DNA of 64,000 bases. Source: an uncultured virus (IMG/VR IMGVR_UViG_3300033816_001502). Lineage: Duplodnaviria; Heunggongvirae; Uroviricota; Caudoviricetes. The stretch lies in the IMG/VR virus record IMGVR_UViG_3300033816_001502; one strand, 5' to 3'. Positions 16,405 to 25,878 of the stretch are shown piece after piece. How positions within the stretch are numbered: position 1 is the first letter of the stretch; each line of letters opens with the position of its first letter. Position numbers and translations under genes: made by a program. The notes below the pieces were generated by a model. The model was not told the origin of the DNA and made no database searches. It saw only the letters and a list, made by a program, of their open reading frames with translations.

Positions 16405-18303
16405 TCACTTAGCTATGCCTGCGAGCTTTGCCCAACGCTCTGCTTCATAACCCTCGTTGAGGGGTTGTGCCGAAGCCGAACGTGTTGCCTGAGAAGAAGA
16501 TCCAAGAACGCGACCTTCTGTTACAGGCTTACGCGGAGCTGCCAATGTCTTGGCGAGGCTCTCATATACAAGCTTCACTTCGCGGAGCGTGGCTGCTTCA
16601 TCGAGCTGCGCAATAACCTGCGATTTCTGGCGCGAGGTTAAGGCTTCTGATTGAAGAAGCTTGTTCGTGAACATGAGCTTGGCGTTGAGCAGATTCGTTT
16701 CTGCCAACTTGTTGCGGAGCTGAACATCGCCTGCGCTCGCACCAGGTTTCACGTTGCTATTAGAGCGAACGTTGCTTGGACGCTTTGCTTCAGCAAGCGC
16801 CTCTGAAAGTTTGTTGAATCGTTTAACAGATTCGTTGTAACGCTTTGCGAATCCCGTGTAGGCTGCCTTGTGAGCATCTCCATGACGAGCAATTTCCTTG
16901 CGTTCAGAAAGTGTGCGGGTCTTGTTGAACTTTGCTTTAGATGCCTCATAAAGGCGTGCTGCGCCGCGAGCTCTTGCACGGAGAGACTCTTGAAGCTTTA
17001 GCTCTGCGACCATCTGACGACGGATTGACTCACACTTAGCTGCTTCGTCGGCAGGGTTTTCAGCTCCCTCTTCATCTTCGTCAGCTTCATTGACTGGAGA
17101 ATCAGACTGGACATTTGGCTGCTCAGCTCCTGAAGGCTTTGTTAATGAATCAGTTCTTTTAGCTGCTTCACCCTCTACGCCATAGGCTTCGTAGGTCTCA
17201 TCCGTCATGCTAGCTTCGTCGACTTCACTCAATGTCATCTCAAGAGGCTCGCCTTCTTCTTCGGCGTCGCCGAAGTCGTCAAACTCATCTGATCCAGGGG
17301 CTTCTCCCTTGGTTGAAGGAACTGCCTCTTCACGAATAGCCTTCATGCGTGCAATTTCACGACGTAACATGCCTTCGTCGATCTCGACAATCAAATTATC
17401 GTTGAGACGACGAGATTCTGTCGTCGGCATATTAGGCATAGACATTTCTTCCATGTCTTCTTCGTCCTCAGCGCCTTCTTCGTCATCTCCGCCGAGGTCT
17501 TCCATGTCATCGCCACCCTCTTCCTCGCCACCGAGGTCTTCCATGTCTTCGCCTGCTTCTTCGTCTTCCTCTTCGCCGCCTCCGGAGACCAAATTGACTC
17601 CAAGGCTCTCGAGGTCGACGTCGTCAGGAACTCCTGTTAATTCAATGCTAATTGTTTCTTCATCCAAACGACCATTTCTCTTCTTCATTTTAATCTCCTG
17701 AAGCTTTTCTAGTTTTTTTAAGCAATTCTGTATTTTAAGGTTACAGCTCAACTTTTGAGTTGAACTTACGATACGCGTGTTTGCATGTTCATAAAGCTCT
17801 GAGATCGTTTCTTCAAGAGAAGAGACTTTGTTTTCAAAGCTTTTTGATTCTTTCATGCTTTGTTCAATTGATGATAACGAATCGATCATCTTTTCGACAT
17901 AGCGTAACTTTTCTTCAAATTCGCGGAGCGTTTCGTTCTTGCTCTTCGACGCGATTATCTCCATGACATCTTCAAGCGTTACCTCGGAAGCGGTTTGGTC
18001 CTCTTCAACTTTTTTCTCATCTTCTTCTGAGGTTAATTCGCCAATTGACATGGACATTTCGTTATTTTTAGCTTCAGGTCCTTTTTTAGTAGGATCATCT
18101 GTCAATATTTTATCATGATTTTTATCATCATGATCATCCTCCGCAGACATGTCTGCGGAGGATTCTTCCAATAACTCTTTTTCTATCAGCTCACGAATTC
18201 GTGGAGCAACTGCCTCGATAACTGCTCTTTTAGCGTTATCTTCAGCTATTTCTTTTAGTTTTTTTACGTCTGCTATTGCTTCTTCGTAGAGCTGTTTAGA
18301 CAT
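16405..18303 (-). CDS. prohead core/scaffolding protein (gp22-like)
   Basis: Acidic coiled-coil protein directly upstream of the capsid gene; many L-x-E sites; LAETNLLNAKL; C-terminal ERWAKLAGI. Confidence 0.8.
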   Translation of the reverse strand: MSKQLYEEAIADVKKLKEIAEDNAKRAVIEAVAPRIRELIEKELLEESSADMSAEDDHDDKNHDKILTDDPTKKGPEAKNNEMSMSIGELTSEEDEKKVEEDQTASEVTLEDVMEIIASKSKNETLREFEEKLRYVEKMIDSLSSIEQSMKESKSFENKVSSLEETISELYEHANTRIVSSTQKLSCNLKIQNCLKKLEKLQEIKMKKRNGRLDEETISIELTGVPDDVDLESLGVNLVSGGGEEEDEEAGEDMEDLGGEEEGGDDMEDLGGDDEEGAEDEEDMEEMSMPNMPTTESRRLNDNLIVEIDEGMLRREIARMKAIREEAVPSTKGEAPGSDEFDDFGDAEEEGEPLEMTLSEVDEASMTDETYEAYGVEGEAAKRTDSLTKPSGAEQPNVQSDSPVNEADEDEEGAENPADEAAKCESIRRQMVAELKLQESLRARARGAARLYEASKAKFNKTRTLSERKEIARHGDAHKAAYTGFAKRYNESVKRFNKLSEALAEAKRPSNVRSNSNVKPGASAGDVQLRNKLAETNLLNAKLMFTNKLLQSEALTSRQKSQVIAQLDEAATLREVKLVYESLAKTLAAPRKPVTEGRVLGSSSQATRSASAQPLNEGYEAERWAKLAGIAK

Positions 18304-18331
18304 TTTCAAAAATTCTCCATTTCAATTATTG

Positions 18332-18826
18332 TCATGTTGATGAATCAGAGGTTCCCATTTTGGTGGCACCATTCAGCATCAAAGATCCAATTTTCTTAGC
18401 GTATTGTGCTGGTGAACGAGTGCCAGTTGCAGGACCTCCAGGGACATAGTTTGGTTTAACATCGACTGCCTTTATTCCAGGATCTGCGGACTTGTCGACG
18501 CCATCCGTCTTTCCAGGTCCAGGTGATGAAAGATCTGGTGTAAAAGAATTAGCAGGGTCTCCAGGATTTTTCCAAGCGCCATCAGCACCTGCTAATATAT
18601 CTGGAGAATTTTCGTAGTTAAGACTTACCTTGGGACCAAAGAATGCGTCGCCTGTCGTTGAAGAAGGAGCTAGATATGCATTGCCTGTGCTAACGACAGC
18701 TGCTCTATACTCATTTTCTTTTCCAACAAAATTTGCTGTCGGGGATTCTGGATACAGCTTGCTCATTAAATTATTTTTTGCGTTCGATTCCGGTGCGTAC
18801 ACCGTGTATTTCCCTTGTCCAGGCAT
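18332..18826 (-). CDS. hypothetical protein in head module (Gly/Pro-rich)
   Basis: SD AAGGAGG; located in the head operon. Confidence 0.7.
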   Translation of the reverse strand: MPGQGKYTVYAPESNAKNNLMSKLYPESPTANFVGKENEYRAAVVSTGNAYLAPSSTTGDAFFGPKVSLNYENSPDILAGADGAWKNPGDPANSFTPDLSSPGPGKTDGVDKSADPGIKAVDVKPNYVPGGPATGTRSPAQYAKKIGSLMLNGATKMGTSDSST

Positions 18827-18853
18827 AATTTCCTCCTTAAAGATTAAGTAAGG

Positions 18854-19090
18854 TCACTTGTTTCGAAGAGCTCTTTTTGCTTCACGAATTTTCTCTAAAC
18901 GTTTCACTAATCTAGCTTCTTCAAGACCAAGTGCCTTGTAATAATTATGAGGATTCTCAATAGTATCTGCAAATTCATCAGCATCTACTTCTTCGGCATC
19001 TTTTGCTGCATCTTCTGTGCTACGTTCTGCCTTAAATTTTGCGACCTCTTGCATGATGATTCTCTTCAACAAATTCGATGTTAGTTTCAT
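18854..19090 (-). CDS. small head-module protein with MKLT motif
   Basis: MKLTSNLLKRIIMQEV; SD AAGGTG; ATACTTAG upstream. Confidence 0.7.
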   Translation of the reverse strand: MKLTSNLLKRIIMQEVAKFKAERSTEDAAKDAEEVDADEFADTIENPHNYYKALGLEEARLVKRLEKIREAKRALRNK

Positions 19091-19147
19091 AAAAAGACAC
19101 CTTTCGTGCAAATATATAGGCTAAGTATTCTAATCTATTTTAAAACA

Positions 19148-19573
19148 TCAAAATTTCTTTGATGTGTCCATAAACGCTAGCGCTGCCCATTTCGACGCTG
19201 CTTCATCCCCAAATAGTTCTTCTGGATTTGTAGAAGCTACGATTCTTTCTACAGAACCAACCGGTTGTGGTGTGTGATTGTGACCTTCATTCATTAACAT
19301 GTTTGGTAGTGTAGTTGAAGCTGTGTCAGCTAAAATTGCAGCAAGAATAGGATCACCTTTAGACTCTGTCTTTATGACTTCGCTTATTCTTTTCTTATCC
19401 ATTATCTGATTTCTTTGGCCATAAGAAATCATATCAGCAGGTTTTTTATGCACTTTTTTTTCTTGAAAAGCGAATGACTCTTTTAATTTTGTGGAATTTC
19501 CCATGCCTTCGGATAAAATTTCCACAAGACATTCTTTCACTAGATCTTTCAGTTCATTACGAGTCATTTTCAT
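19148..19573 (-). CDS. head-module protein with MKMT motif
   Basis: MKMTRNELKDLVKECLVEILSE; SD AAGGA. Confidence 0.72.
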   Translation of the reverse strand: MKMTRNELKDLVKECLVEILSEGMGNSTKLKESFAFQEKKVHKKPADMISYGQRNQIMDKKRISEVIKTESKGDPILAAILADTASTTLPNMLMNEGHNHTPQPVGSVERIVASTNPEELFGDEAASKWAALAFMDTSKKF

Positions 19574-19603
19574 ATGGCTGCTTCCTTTTTGACCCTTACA
19601 ATA

Positions 19604-20212
19604 TTACTTCTTTGTAGATAAAATATCATTAATAATTCTATTGATTCTGTCAGAACGATTAAAAATTCCTCTTACCTCAGAGGGATTTATTGTTTTTCCT
19701 TCTGCCATCATGAACGCACCTGGTGTTGATGGTTCAGAAACATAGTCCCAACAGATCAATTGAAAATCATCTTGAACTATCTGATAATCGCCTTGCTTTT
19801 TTGTAGAACCAACTCCTCTAGATGATATTCCTAATTTTACTCCGCTTTCGACTAAGGATTGTAGTATCTTACCAGAAGGGGTGTCTAGAATTTCCACGCT
19901 TCCATAGACGACATCTCCGTCTAAGTATGCTTCACGAACTATATGAGAAACATTTTTTAAATTTACCACTGAAGAATCAGGATGATCTAACTCTCCTAAA
20001 GCTCTATTTTCAGCTATAAACTTTTGATAGTTTCTTATTTCTCTTTCTAGAATATTTTTCGGGTAGATTCTGCCATTTTGATTCAAGGTATCTGCTTTTT
20101 GCAGAATACCTTTCATCAAGATTTTTCCATCGTTCTTTTCTCTGGACTCTTTTATAGTTTCAGAAGAATAATCAAATATTTCATAAGAATTTAAGAGTTT
20201 CAAGTCAGACAT
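19604..20212 (-). CDS. prohead core protease (T4 gp21-like)
   Basis: GILQKAD..NQNGRIYP, ALGELDHP, ILDTPSG, GISSRGVGS, DYVSEPS. Confidence 0.94.
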   Translation of the reverse strand: MSDLKLLNSYEIFDYSSETIKESREKNDGKILMKGILQKADTLNQNGRIYPKNILEREIRNYQKFIAENRALGELDHPDSSVVNLKNVSHIVREAYLDGDVVYGSVEILDTPSGKILQSLVESGVKLGISSRGVGSTKKQGDYQIVQDDFQLICWDYVSEPSTPGAFMMAEGKTINPSEVRGIFNRSDRINRIINDILSTKK

Positions 20213-21065
20213 TTGACCCTCCTGAAGTTAGTTCATCAACTAACTTTGCGTATAACATGTATTCAGAAATAGTGGAATCGTTAACTTCATTTAACGGTTC
20301 GAACAACTTATTCTTTACTTCTAATAATTTAGTGTTCAAATACTTTGAAGATTCTTTTGACTCCAGATAATCATTGATAGATTCCAATAATCTTTCTCTT
20401 ATTTCACTCAATTTTTTTAAGATCGTAGAGCTGTCGTCATTGGCTGTAGCAAAAGCATAAGCTTTGATAAGAGATTTTTGATCAGACGTAAGAGCTCCAT
20501 CGTATTTTTCGCTTAACTTCTTCATCATGACTTTCATAAGAAGACGATTCGTTCCTACTGAGTTTTCGTTGACCTTTTCTTCTTGCAACTGACTCTTTGG
20601 AGAAACAAGCCACTTCATCAATGCTTCTTCATATTCAGCTGTTTTTTGCAAGTCAGAATTAGGGTTCCTCCAACTGTTGAGCAAATTCTGTATTGTTGCA
20701 AACATCTTGTATTCATTGATATGCTGGTCATAAAAATTATCGTCTTTTAATTGGTGGTTTATACTCCTAATTAAAATTGATTTTTCTCTGTCTAATTCAT
20801 GCATATCATGACTTCTAGCAGCGTTTTTTGCTTCAAAAATTATTGAAGCAGCAATTGATTCTGATCCAACTGTAGTTTTCATTAAAGCATTTATGAGTCT
20901 AAATTCTCTATATAACTCAGTACCAGATTTGAAATTTTGCTTAATGATTTTAAGCGCTTTTGATGATTGAGGTTTGTTATTTTCTACGAGCGCTTTTGAT
21001 ATGGTTTTAATTAGAAACTCGTAAATTAATCCAGTATTTCTTTTTTTATTATGTGAGGATGACAT
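20205..21065 (-). CDS. hypothetical head-module protein between portal and protease
   Basis: Long helical ORF (HNKKRNTGLIYEFL...) overlapping the protease start. Confidence 0.75.
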   Translation of the reverse strand: MSSSHNKKRNTGLIYEFLIKTISKALVENNKPQSSKALKIIKQNFKSGTELYREFRLINALMKTTVGSESIAASIIFEAKNAARSHDMHELDREKSILIRSINHQLKDDNFYDQHINEYKMFATIQNLLNSWRNPNSDLQKTAEYEEALMKWLVSPKSQLQEEKVNENSVGTNRLLMKVMMKKLSEKYDGALTSDQKSLIKAYAFATANDDSSTILKKLSEIRERLLESINDYLESKESSKYLNTKLLEVKNKLFEPLNEVNDSTISEYMLYAKLVDELTSGGSNV

Positions 21066-21116
21066 TCTGGTCAATTCCTTTCAACAGTTGAATTACTCTA
21101 ATGAATAGATATACTT

Positions 21117-23105
21117 TCAGTCTTCGATGTCAAGATCTAAAGCCGCTTCCTCGTTAGATTCTGTTAATAATCCTTCTTTATTTTTTTGAATCTTCAAAGC
21201 TACTGTCATCTTTTTTAGAGAAGACATTACATCAGGAGGAAGACTTGTCACGTGATAAGTTTCGTTTATCGACTCTGATAATCCTAATGGATCTTTAAAT
21301 TGGTTTTTTAACCACTTCGTATCATACGGGTCATTCAACGCTTGATGAGTTGACGTCATTTTTACGAAATCTGGTTCATGTAGTTGCCATTTTTTTCTTC
21401 TAGAACTATCATACTGCGCTTTTTTATTGCTGTATTTAGTCTTATTTGATTTCTTTATGGGTAGCTTGTCTTTTTCGTATAAATTTGGCATTTGTTCGGG
21501 TTCATCTACCGATAATAGCAACTTTGCATCAGGAGATGCATCATCTGAAGGTTTATCTCCTGCAAATAATCCGCCTCCTCCGCCGCCTGCTTCTTCTTCT
21601 TCGCCTCCTGCTTCTTCTCCAGCAGGCGCTTCTTCTTCACCTCCGCCTGCTTCTTCTTCGCCACCAGCAGGCGCTTCTTCTTCACCTTCAGGTTTAGCAG
21701 CTTCTACTTCAGCATCAATGATCTTTTCTTGCTTTCTTTGTTCATTGATTGCAAGAATTTGTTCGTCATTCAATCCCCAAATTTCTTTTTGAATAAATCT
21801 TTTGCTTCCCATTCCTTCAGGTAAAGCACCACCTATTTCAAACTTTGATCTCCAGAGTTCTAGCTTCTGTTGTTGGGCAACAGTCGAAGGGTTAGAAAGA
21901 CGTAAAGTAAAGTTTTGTAAATCTTCGTTGTCAAATCCATTTGCATAAAGATGTATAATCGCCAACTTATTAAGTTCAGAAACAATCGTCTTTTGAACCA
22001 CATTTATCGTTCTAGAAAATCTGATATCTTCTTGAGCTAATGTAGCTTTTGAAGACAACATTTCATCATATCCCAAATAAGCTCTTGGAATTTTTAATGC
22101 GGCAAATAGCTTTTTTTGAATGTAAGCTACATCTTCAACCGAAGCTGCATTTTGACCACCTGCCAAGGTGTCAATCTTTGTTCCGCTTTCTCCGCCTCTC
22201 ACTGGAATGAAATAATCATCTTCTACACTCAAAGGAGAATATCTTAGATCGACCCTACCTGTGTTCCTATCAACAACTTGATTAGTTCTAAGGTTCTTTC
22301 TTTGTTCTTCAACGTACATTGGAACGTTCTCGGCCGGAATATTCGCAACGTCTACGTAAAATACACGACGTTCTGGTGCGCGGACAACTCTATACACAAG
22401 CATAGCGTCTTCAAGAAGAATTAGTTGACGCCAGATTCTTCTGGCGGCTTCTATGACTGAAGATCCATAAGGTAGAAACATGTCATTTCCGATGTACCTA
22501 AAATGAGAAATTTCCCAATTTTCTAATGTTCTATTTCCCATAGTCGTCCAACGATATCTTACTGCAAATGGATCTTCTCTATCGTAATTTTCTTCTCTTT
22601 CAATTTCGTTTACTGGAATTGGGAATGCGTTGATAACTCCTTGCGTGGGAGATACATCATTATAGAGAAAGAAGTCTCCATACTTAACCAAATTTCTAGC
22701 CCATGAACGTAAGTTAAATTCTACATTTAGAGTGTTGTAGAATAGATCTTCTAATATCTGTTTTATTTTTTCGTTATCTGAATAAATGTGAAGTACTCTA
22801 CCCTTTTCATCTTGCGCGCATGTTTCGTCGGCGTAGATATCGAGCGCCGCAGCAATTTCAGGCGTATATTCCATCTCTGCAAAATCTTGATATCTCATCA
22901 AACGTTCTGACAAGTTATAAGAATTTGCAGTTATAGTAGAATAAGTGGGAGACATTGAACGCTGAAACAACAAGGCCGCTGACGATTTAGCTTTGTCAGC
23001 AACCGCTATTGTAGTGTCTAATGTCCGAATCTTTCTCTTGACTACAGGACCGCTTTTAAATAAGCGAGTAAGACGCTGAAATAAATTTTTTTCTTCTTTT
23101 GCCAC
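21117..23105 (-). CDS. portal protein (T4 gp20-like) with acidic Gly/Glu-rich C-terminal extension
   Basis: EDAMLVYRVVRAPERRVFYVDV, EDDYFIPVRGG..GTKIDTLAGGQN, KKLFAALKIP, EDIRFSR. Confidence 0.95.
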   Translation of the reverse strand: MAKEEKNLFQRLTRLFKSGPVVKRKIRTLDTTIAVADKAKSSAALLFQRSMSPTYSTITANSYNLSERLMRYQDFAEMEYTPEIAAALDIYADETCAQDEKGRVLHIYSDNEKIKQILEDLFYNTLNVEFNLRSWARNLVKYGDFFLYNDVSPTQGVINAFPIPVNEIEREENYDREDPFAVRYRWTTMGNRTLENWEISHFRYIGNDMFLPYGSSVIEAARRIWRQLILLEDAMLVYRVVRAPERRVFYVDVANIPAENVPMYVEEQRKNLRTNQVVDRNTGRVDLRYSPLSVEDDYFIPVRGGESGTKIDTLAGGQNAASVEDVAYIQKKLFAALKIPRAYLGYDEMLSSKATLAQEDIRFSRTINVVQKTIVSELNKLAIIHLYANGFDNEDLQNFTLRLSNPSTVAQQQKLELWRSKFEIGGALPEGMGSKRFIQKEIWGLNDEQILAINEQRKQEKIIDAEVEAAKPEGEEEAPAGGEEEAGGGEEEAPAGEEAGGEEEEAGGGGGGLFAGDKPSDDASPDAKLLLSVDEPEQMPNLYEKDKLPIKKSNKTKYSNKKAQYDSSRRKKWQLHEPDFVKMTSTHQALNDPYDTKWLKNQFKDPLGLSESINETYHVTSLPPDVMSSLKKMTVALKIQKNKEGLLTESNEEAALDLDIED

Positions 23106-23163
23106 GTTCTATAACCCTACGTATGAATATATTACTATAGAGTTATCTTGGGTAATAAATTCT

Positions 23164-23472
23164 TCAATCAACATCTTTAGTTGGTTTAAAAGTTACTCTT
23201 TGCTTTTCGGCCATTGTTGTTGATTGTGGCACGTAGCTTGTAGGATTCTCTATCATTTTTTCAAGAGTGTCCTTCACGTTTTTTAAATGAGGAGTCAATG
23301 CATTAATAGCATCGGCGGTTGCATTCTGTTCGAAATCTATGATTTCTTCATATAAATCTGCTGCAGAAGAAATTAAAGATTTTACCCCTGAAGAATCCAC
23401 TCCTTCCATTAGTGCTTCTTTTTGTAGCAAAATTTTTGCATGAAGTTCAACAGAATTTAACTTTTTTGGCAT
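23164..23472 (-). CDS. hypothetical protein
   Basis: Clean ORF between terminase and portal. Confidence 0.65.
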   Translation of the reverse strand: MPKKLNSVELHAKILLQKEALMEGVDSSGVKSLISSAADLYEEIIDFEQNATADAINALTPHLKNVKDTLEKMIENPTSYVPQSTTMAEKQRVTFKPTKDVD

Positions 23473-23518
23473 ATTAGTCTCTTTTATCGTAACAGTAATG
23501 TCAAATATTTATTACGCT

Positions 23519-25162
23519 TCAACGATACAACCAAGATAAATCTGCAATTAGTGGATCAGAATTAGCGTTGACATGTTTAACGTCGGTTGGTTCTCGCAAT
23601 TTATACACATTTTGAGGATTAATTCCAGTTGAAGCTCTTAATGAAGGACTGATGTATGGACTAGCTGAATTAGGGCCATTAGGAATTTCATTTAATTCTC
23701 TTCTAGAGATACCCGTCGCTTTTAGCATAGCATATGCCATAGCCATAGCAGATTCATTAGCACCACTTCCGTCTTCAACTAGCCACGCACCAATAGCAAG
23801 ACTCATGATTAAATCATCATGACTATCTTTAGAAGCCATAGGCTTATTACCATTCCAAATAAAAGCCTGAAGTTGATCGTACAGGCGTTGAGAATGGCAC
23901 CTTAAAACCTTATTTCTTATAAGTTCTTCAAGCTTTGTTAAAACTTGAACTCTCGTTTTTTGATTCGTTGGGAATCCTGGTAGTTCTGAAGGATCTACTG
24001 AAGAGTAAGAAAACGGATCACCTTTATTGTTGTGGTAATACAATCGTGGATATCCGGAGTCTCTAAGCTTAACATTCACGAAATATCCAAATGTGTTATT
24101 CTCTGGACAGATGAAAGCATTATTATATTTTTTACCCCATTCAGCCAATAACTCTGCAAACTTTTCTGGAGGTATTTTACCCATGTATTCTGCTACAATC
24201 TCACAAGCAGATTGATCTATTACATGAAACGCAGAATAATCTGATGCATCGCCTCTAGCAACATCTGCAGAAATTACATATGATTTTTCTGGTGAAGGGT
24301 GATCCCATATCCAAACGTTTCTATCAAATCCTGATTTTTCAATAGGAGGAGATATTTTGGATCTTAAATCTTCTAGATCTTCTGACTGTAAGAACGTATC
24401 TCCAGACGTGATAAAATCGCAAAGATATTCTTGACTAACTTTTCTTTTTGGTAGATTTCTAGTTTCTTTTGTAAACCAAACTTCATCGTGCTCTGGGTGA
24501 ACAGTCCACGGAAGTCTTATCGGATTAAATTCGTTAGCCCCAGCTTCTGCTTCAACCCATAATCTGTAATATAAACCACCTACTCCATTAGGAGAAGAAA
24601 TTAGAATAGCGTTACCACCTGTCGTAAGCGTGGGATAGAGACCTGTCCATATCGTGTCAAAATCTCTAATAAATGCACACTCGTCTACAATTAGCAAAGA
24701 TAGAGCTTCAGAACGGCCTGCATCTTCCGACGTAGGTACAGCCTTTATCTGAGATCCATTGCTAAAAGATATTTGTTGCTTTGATGGCTCAAACTTGGGC
24801 ATCAAAAGCCATTTTGGCAAAGATTGTAGTAAAACAGCTACTTTCTTAATAAAGTTCTGAGCAGTAGCAAGTTTTGTTGCAATAACTAATACGTTTTTAT
24901 CTTTGTAAAAAATAGCTAACCAAGTGGCATATGCAGCTGAAACCGTTGATAAACCCAGCTGTCTGGATTTTAGCACAATGTTAAATCTATGCTTTTGAAA
25001 GTTTTCTAAGCATTCATCTTGAAAAGGATACAACTCAAATGGAATCGTGCCTTTTAATGGATGCTGGATTCTTGCGTAGTGCTTTATAAAATACGACGGA
25101 TCTTTACCACAACGAATTATCTCGTTGACTTGTTGCTGTTTTGTTAACGTTTTTTCAGACAT
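23519..25162 (-). CDS. terminase large subunit (T4 gp17-like)
   Basis: LYPFQ, LKSRQLGLST (Walker A), LLIVDECAF (Walker B), ISSPNG, ISADVARG..DYSA, HDDLIMS. Confidence 0.95.
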   Translation of the reverse strand: MSEKTLTKQQQVNEIIRCGKDPSYFIKHYARIQHPLKGTIPFELYPFQDECLENFQKHRFNIVLKSRQLGLSTVSAAYATWLAIFYKDKNVLVIATKLATAQNFIKKVAVLLQSLPKWLLMPKFEPSKQQISFSNGSQIKAVPTSEDAGRSEALSLLIVDECAFIRDFDTIWTGLYPTLTTGGNAILISSPNGVGGLYYRLWVEAEAGANEFNPIRLPWTVHPEHDEVWFTKETRNLPKRKVSQEYLCDFITSGDTFLQSEDLEDLRSKISPPIEKSGFDRNVWIWDHPSPEKSYVISADVARGDASDYSAFHVIDQSACEIVAEYMGKIPPEKFAELLAEWGKKYNNAFICPENNTFGYFVNVKLRDSGYPRLYYHNNKGDPFSYSSVDPSELPGFPTNQKTRVQVLTKLEELIRNKVLRCHSQRLYDQLQAFIWNGNKPMASKDSHDDLIMSLAIGAWLVEDGSGANESAMAMAYAMLKATGISRRELNEIPNGPNSASPYISPSLRASTGINPQNVYKLREPTDVKHVNANSDPLIADLSWLYR

Positions 25163-25542
25163 TATGCTAGTTCAAATATACACTTTCTTCTGTACAAAGC
25201 AGTTCTTTTTGGATTGTGAACATTAAGACCAATTATTTCAACAGATTCGCCTGAAGAAACTTCTTTAACTTTTAAAGACTGTCCAGACAGATCTTTATAT
25301 TTGCTTTTAACGTTATCAACTATCGATTTCACATTTTTTACAGCTTGCTCAGACTCAAATAATTTTACTCTAAGCATTTCTCGCTCTGAAGCAAAGTTAA
25401 TCACAGTCTGATAAACCAAGTGAAGTTGATTTTGACCAGCAAGCGACATTTTTGCTGAAAAACCTGAAGTCAAAGGCATGGAAGATCTACCCCATGATGT
25501 ATCGATTGCTTCTCCAAGAGAACTAAGATCAATATCAGCCAT
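25162..25542 (-). CDS. hypothetical protein upstream of terminase
   Basis: Its stop overlaps the terminase start; ATAGTTAT upstream. Confidence 0.7.
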   Translation of the reverse strand: MADIDLSSLGEAIDTSWGRSSMPLTSGFSAKMSLAGQNQLHLVYQTVINFASEREMLRVKLFESEQAVKNVKSIVDNVKSKYKDLSGQSLKVKEVSSGESVEIIGLNVHNPKRTALYRRKCIFELA

Positions 25543-25584
25543 TTTTTCCTCTTCAAAAACAAAGATAACTATGTATCATCACAT

Positions 25585-25878
25585 TTAAAATTCTAAATGA
25601 ATATCTAACTTTTTTTGTTCTGCTTTCAAAAGAACAATCTCTTTTTCAGGTCTCCACCCATTTTTCCATTTTTCTTGGTTGGGTCTTGCCCATAACGTCT
25701 CACAGCTTTCACAGCATCCAAAGCTTTTATAAGATTTTTCATCTTCTGAAGATCTAAAAATACATTCGCAGACTGGACAAATCAATGGTACAATTTCTCT
25801 TGCAATTTTTGGTTTGATCACGTAGTAACCTGAACATTCTTTAATCAATCTTTCGTGCGAATAATCTTTCCACGTCAT
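25585..25878 (-). CDS. hypothetical zinc-binding protein
   Basis: CPVC ... CCESC; overlaps the SbcDC stop. Confidence 0.65.
   Translation of the reverse strand: MTWKDYSHERLIKECSGYYVIKPKIAREIVPLICPVCECIFRSSEDEKSYKSFGCCESCETLWARPNQEKWKNGWRPEKEIVLLKAEQKKLDIHLEF

Noticed and set aside
21570..21695. Short tandem-like repeats in the portal gene (similar ones at about 17450-17585 in the scaffold)
   Set aside because: They encode low-complexity Glu/Gly/Ala linkers and are not independent DNA elements.
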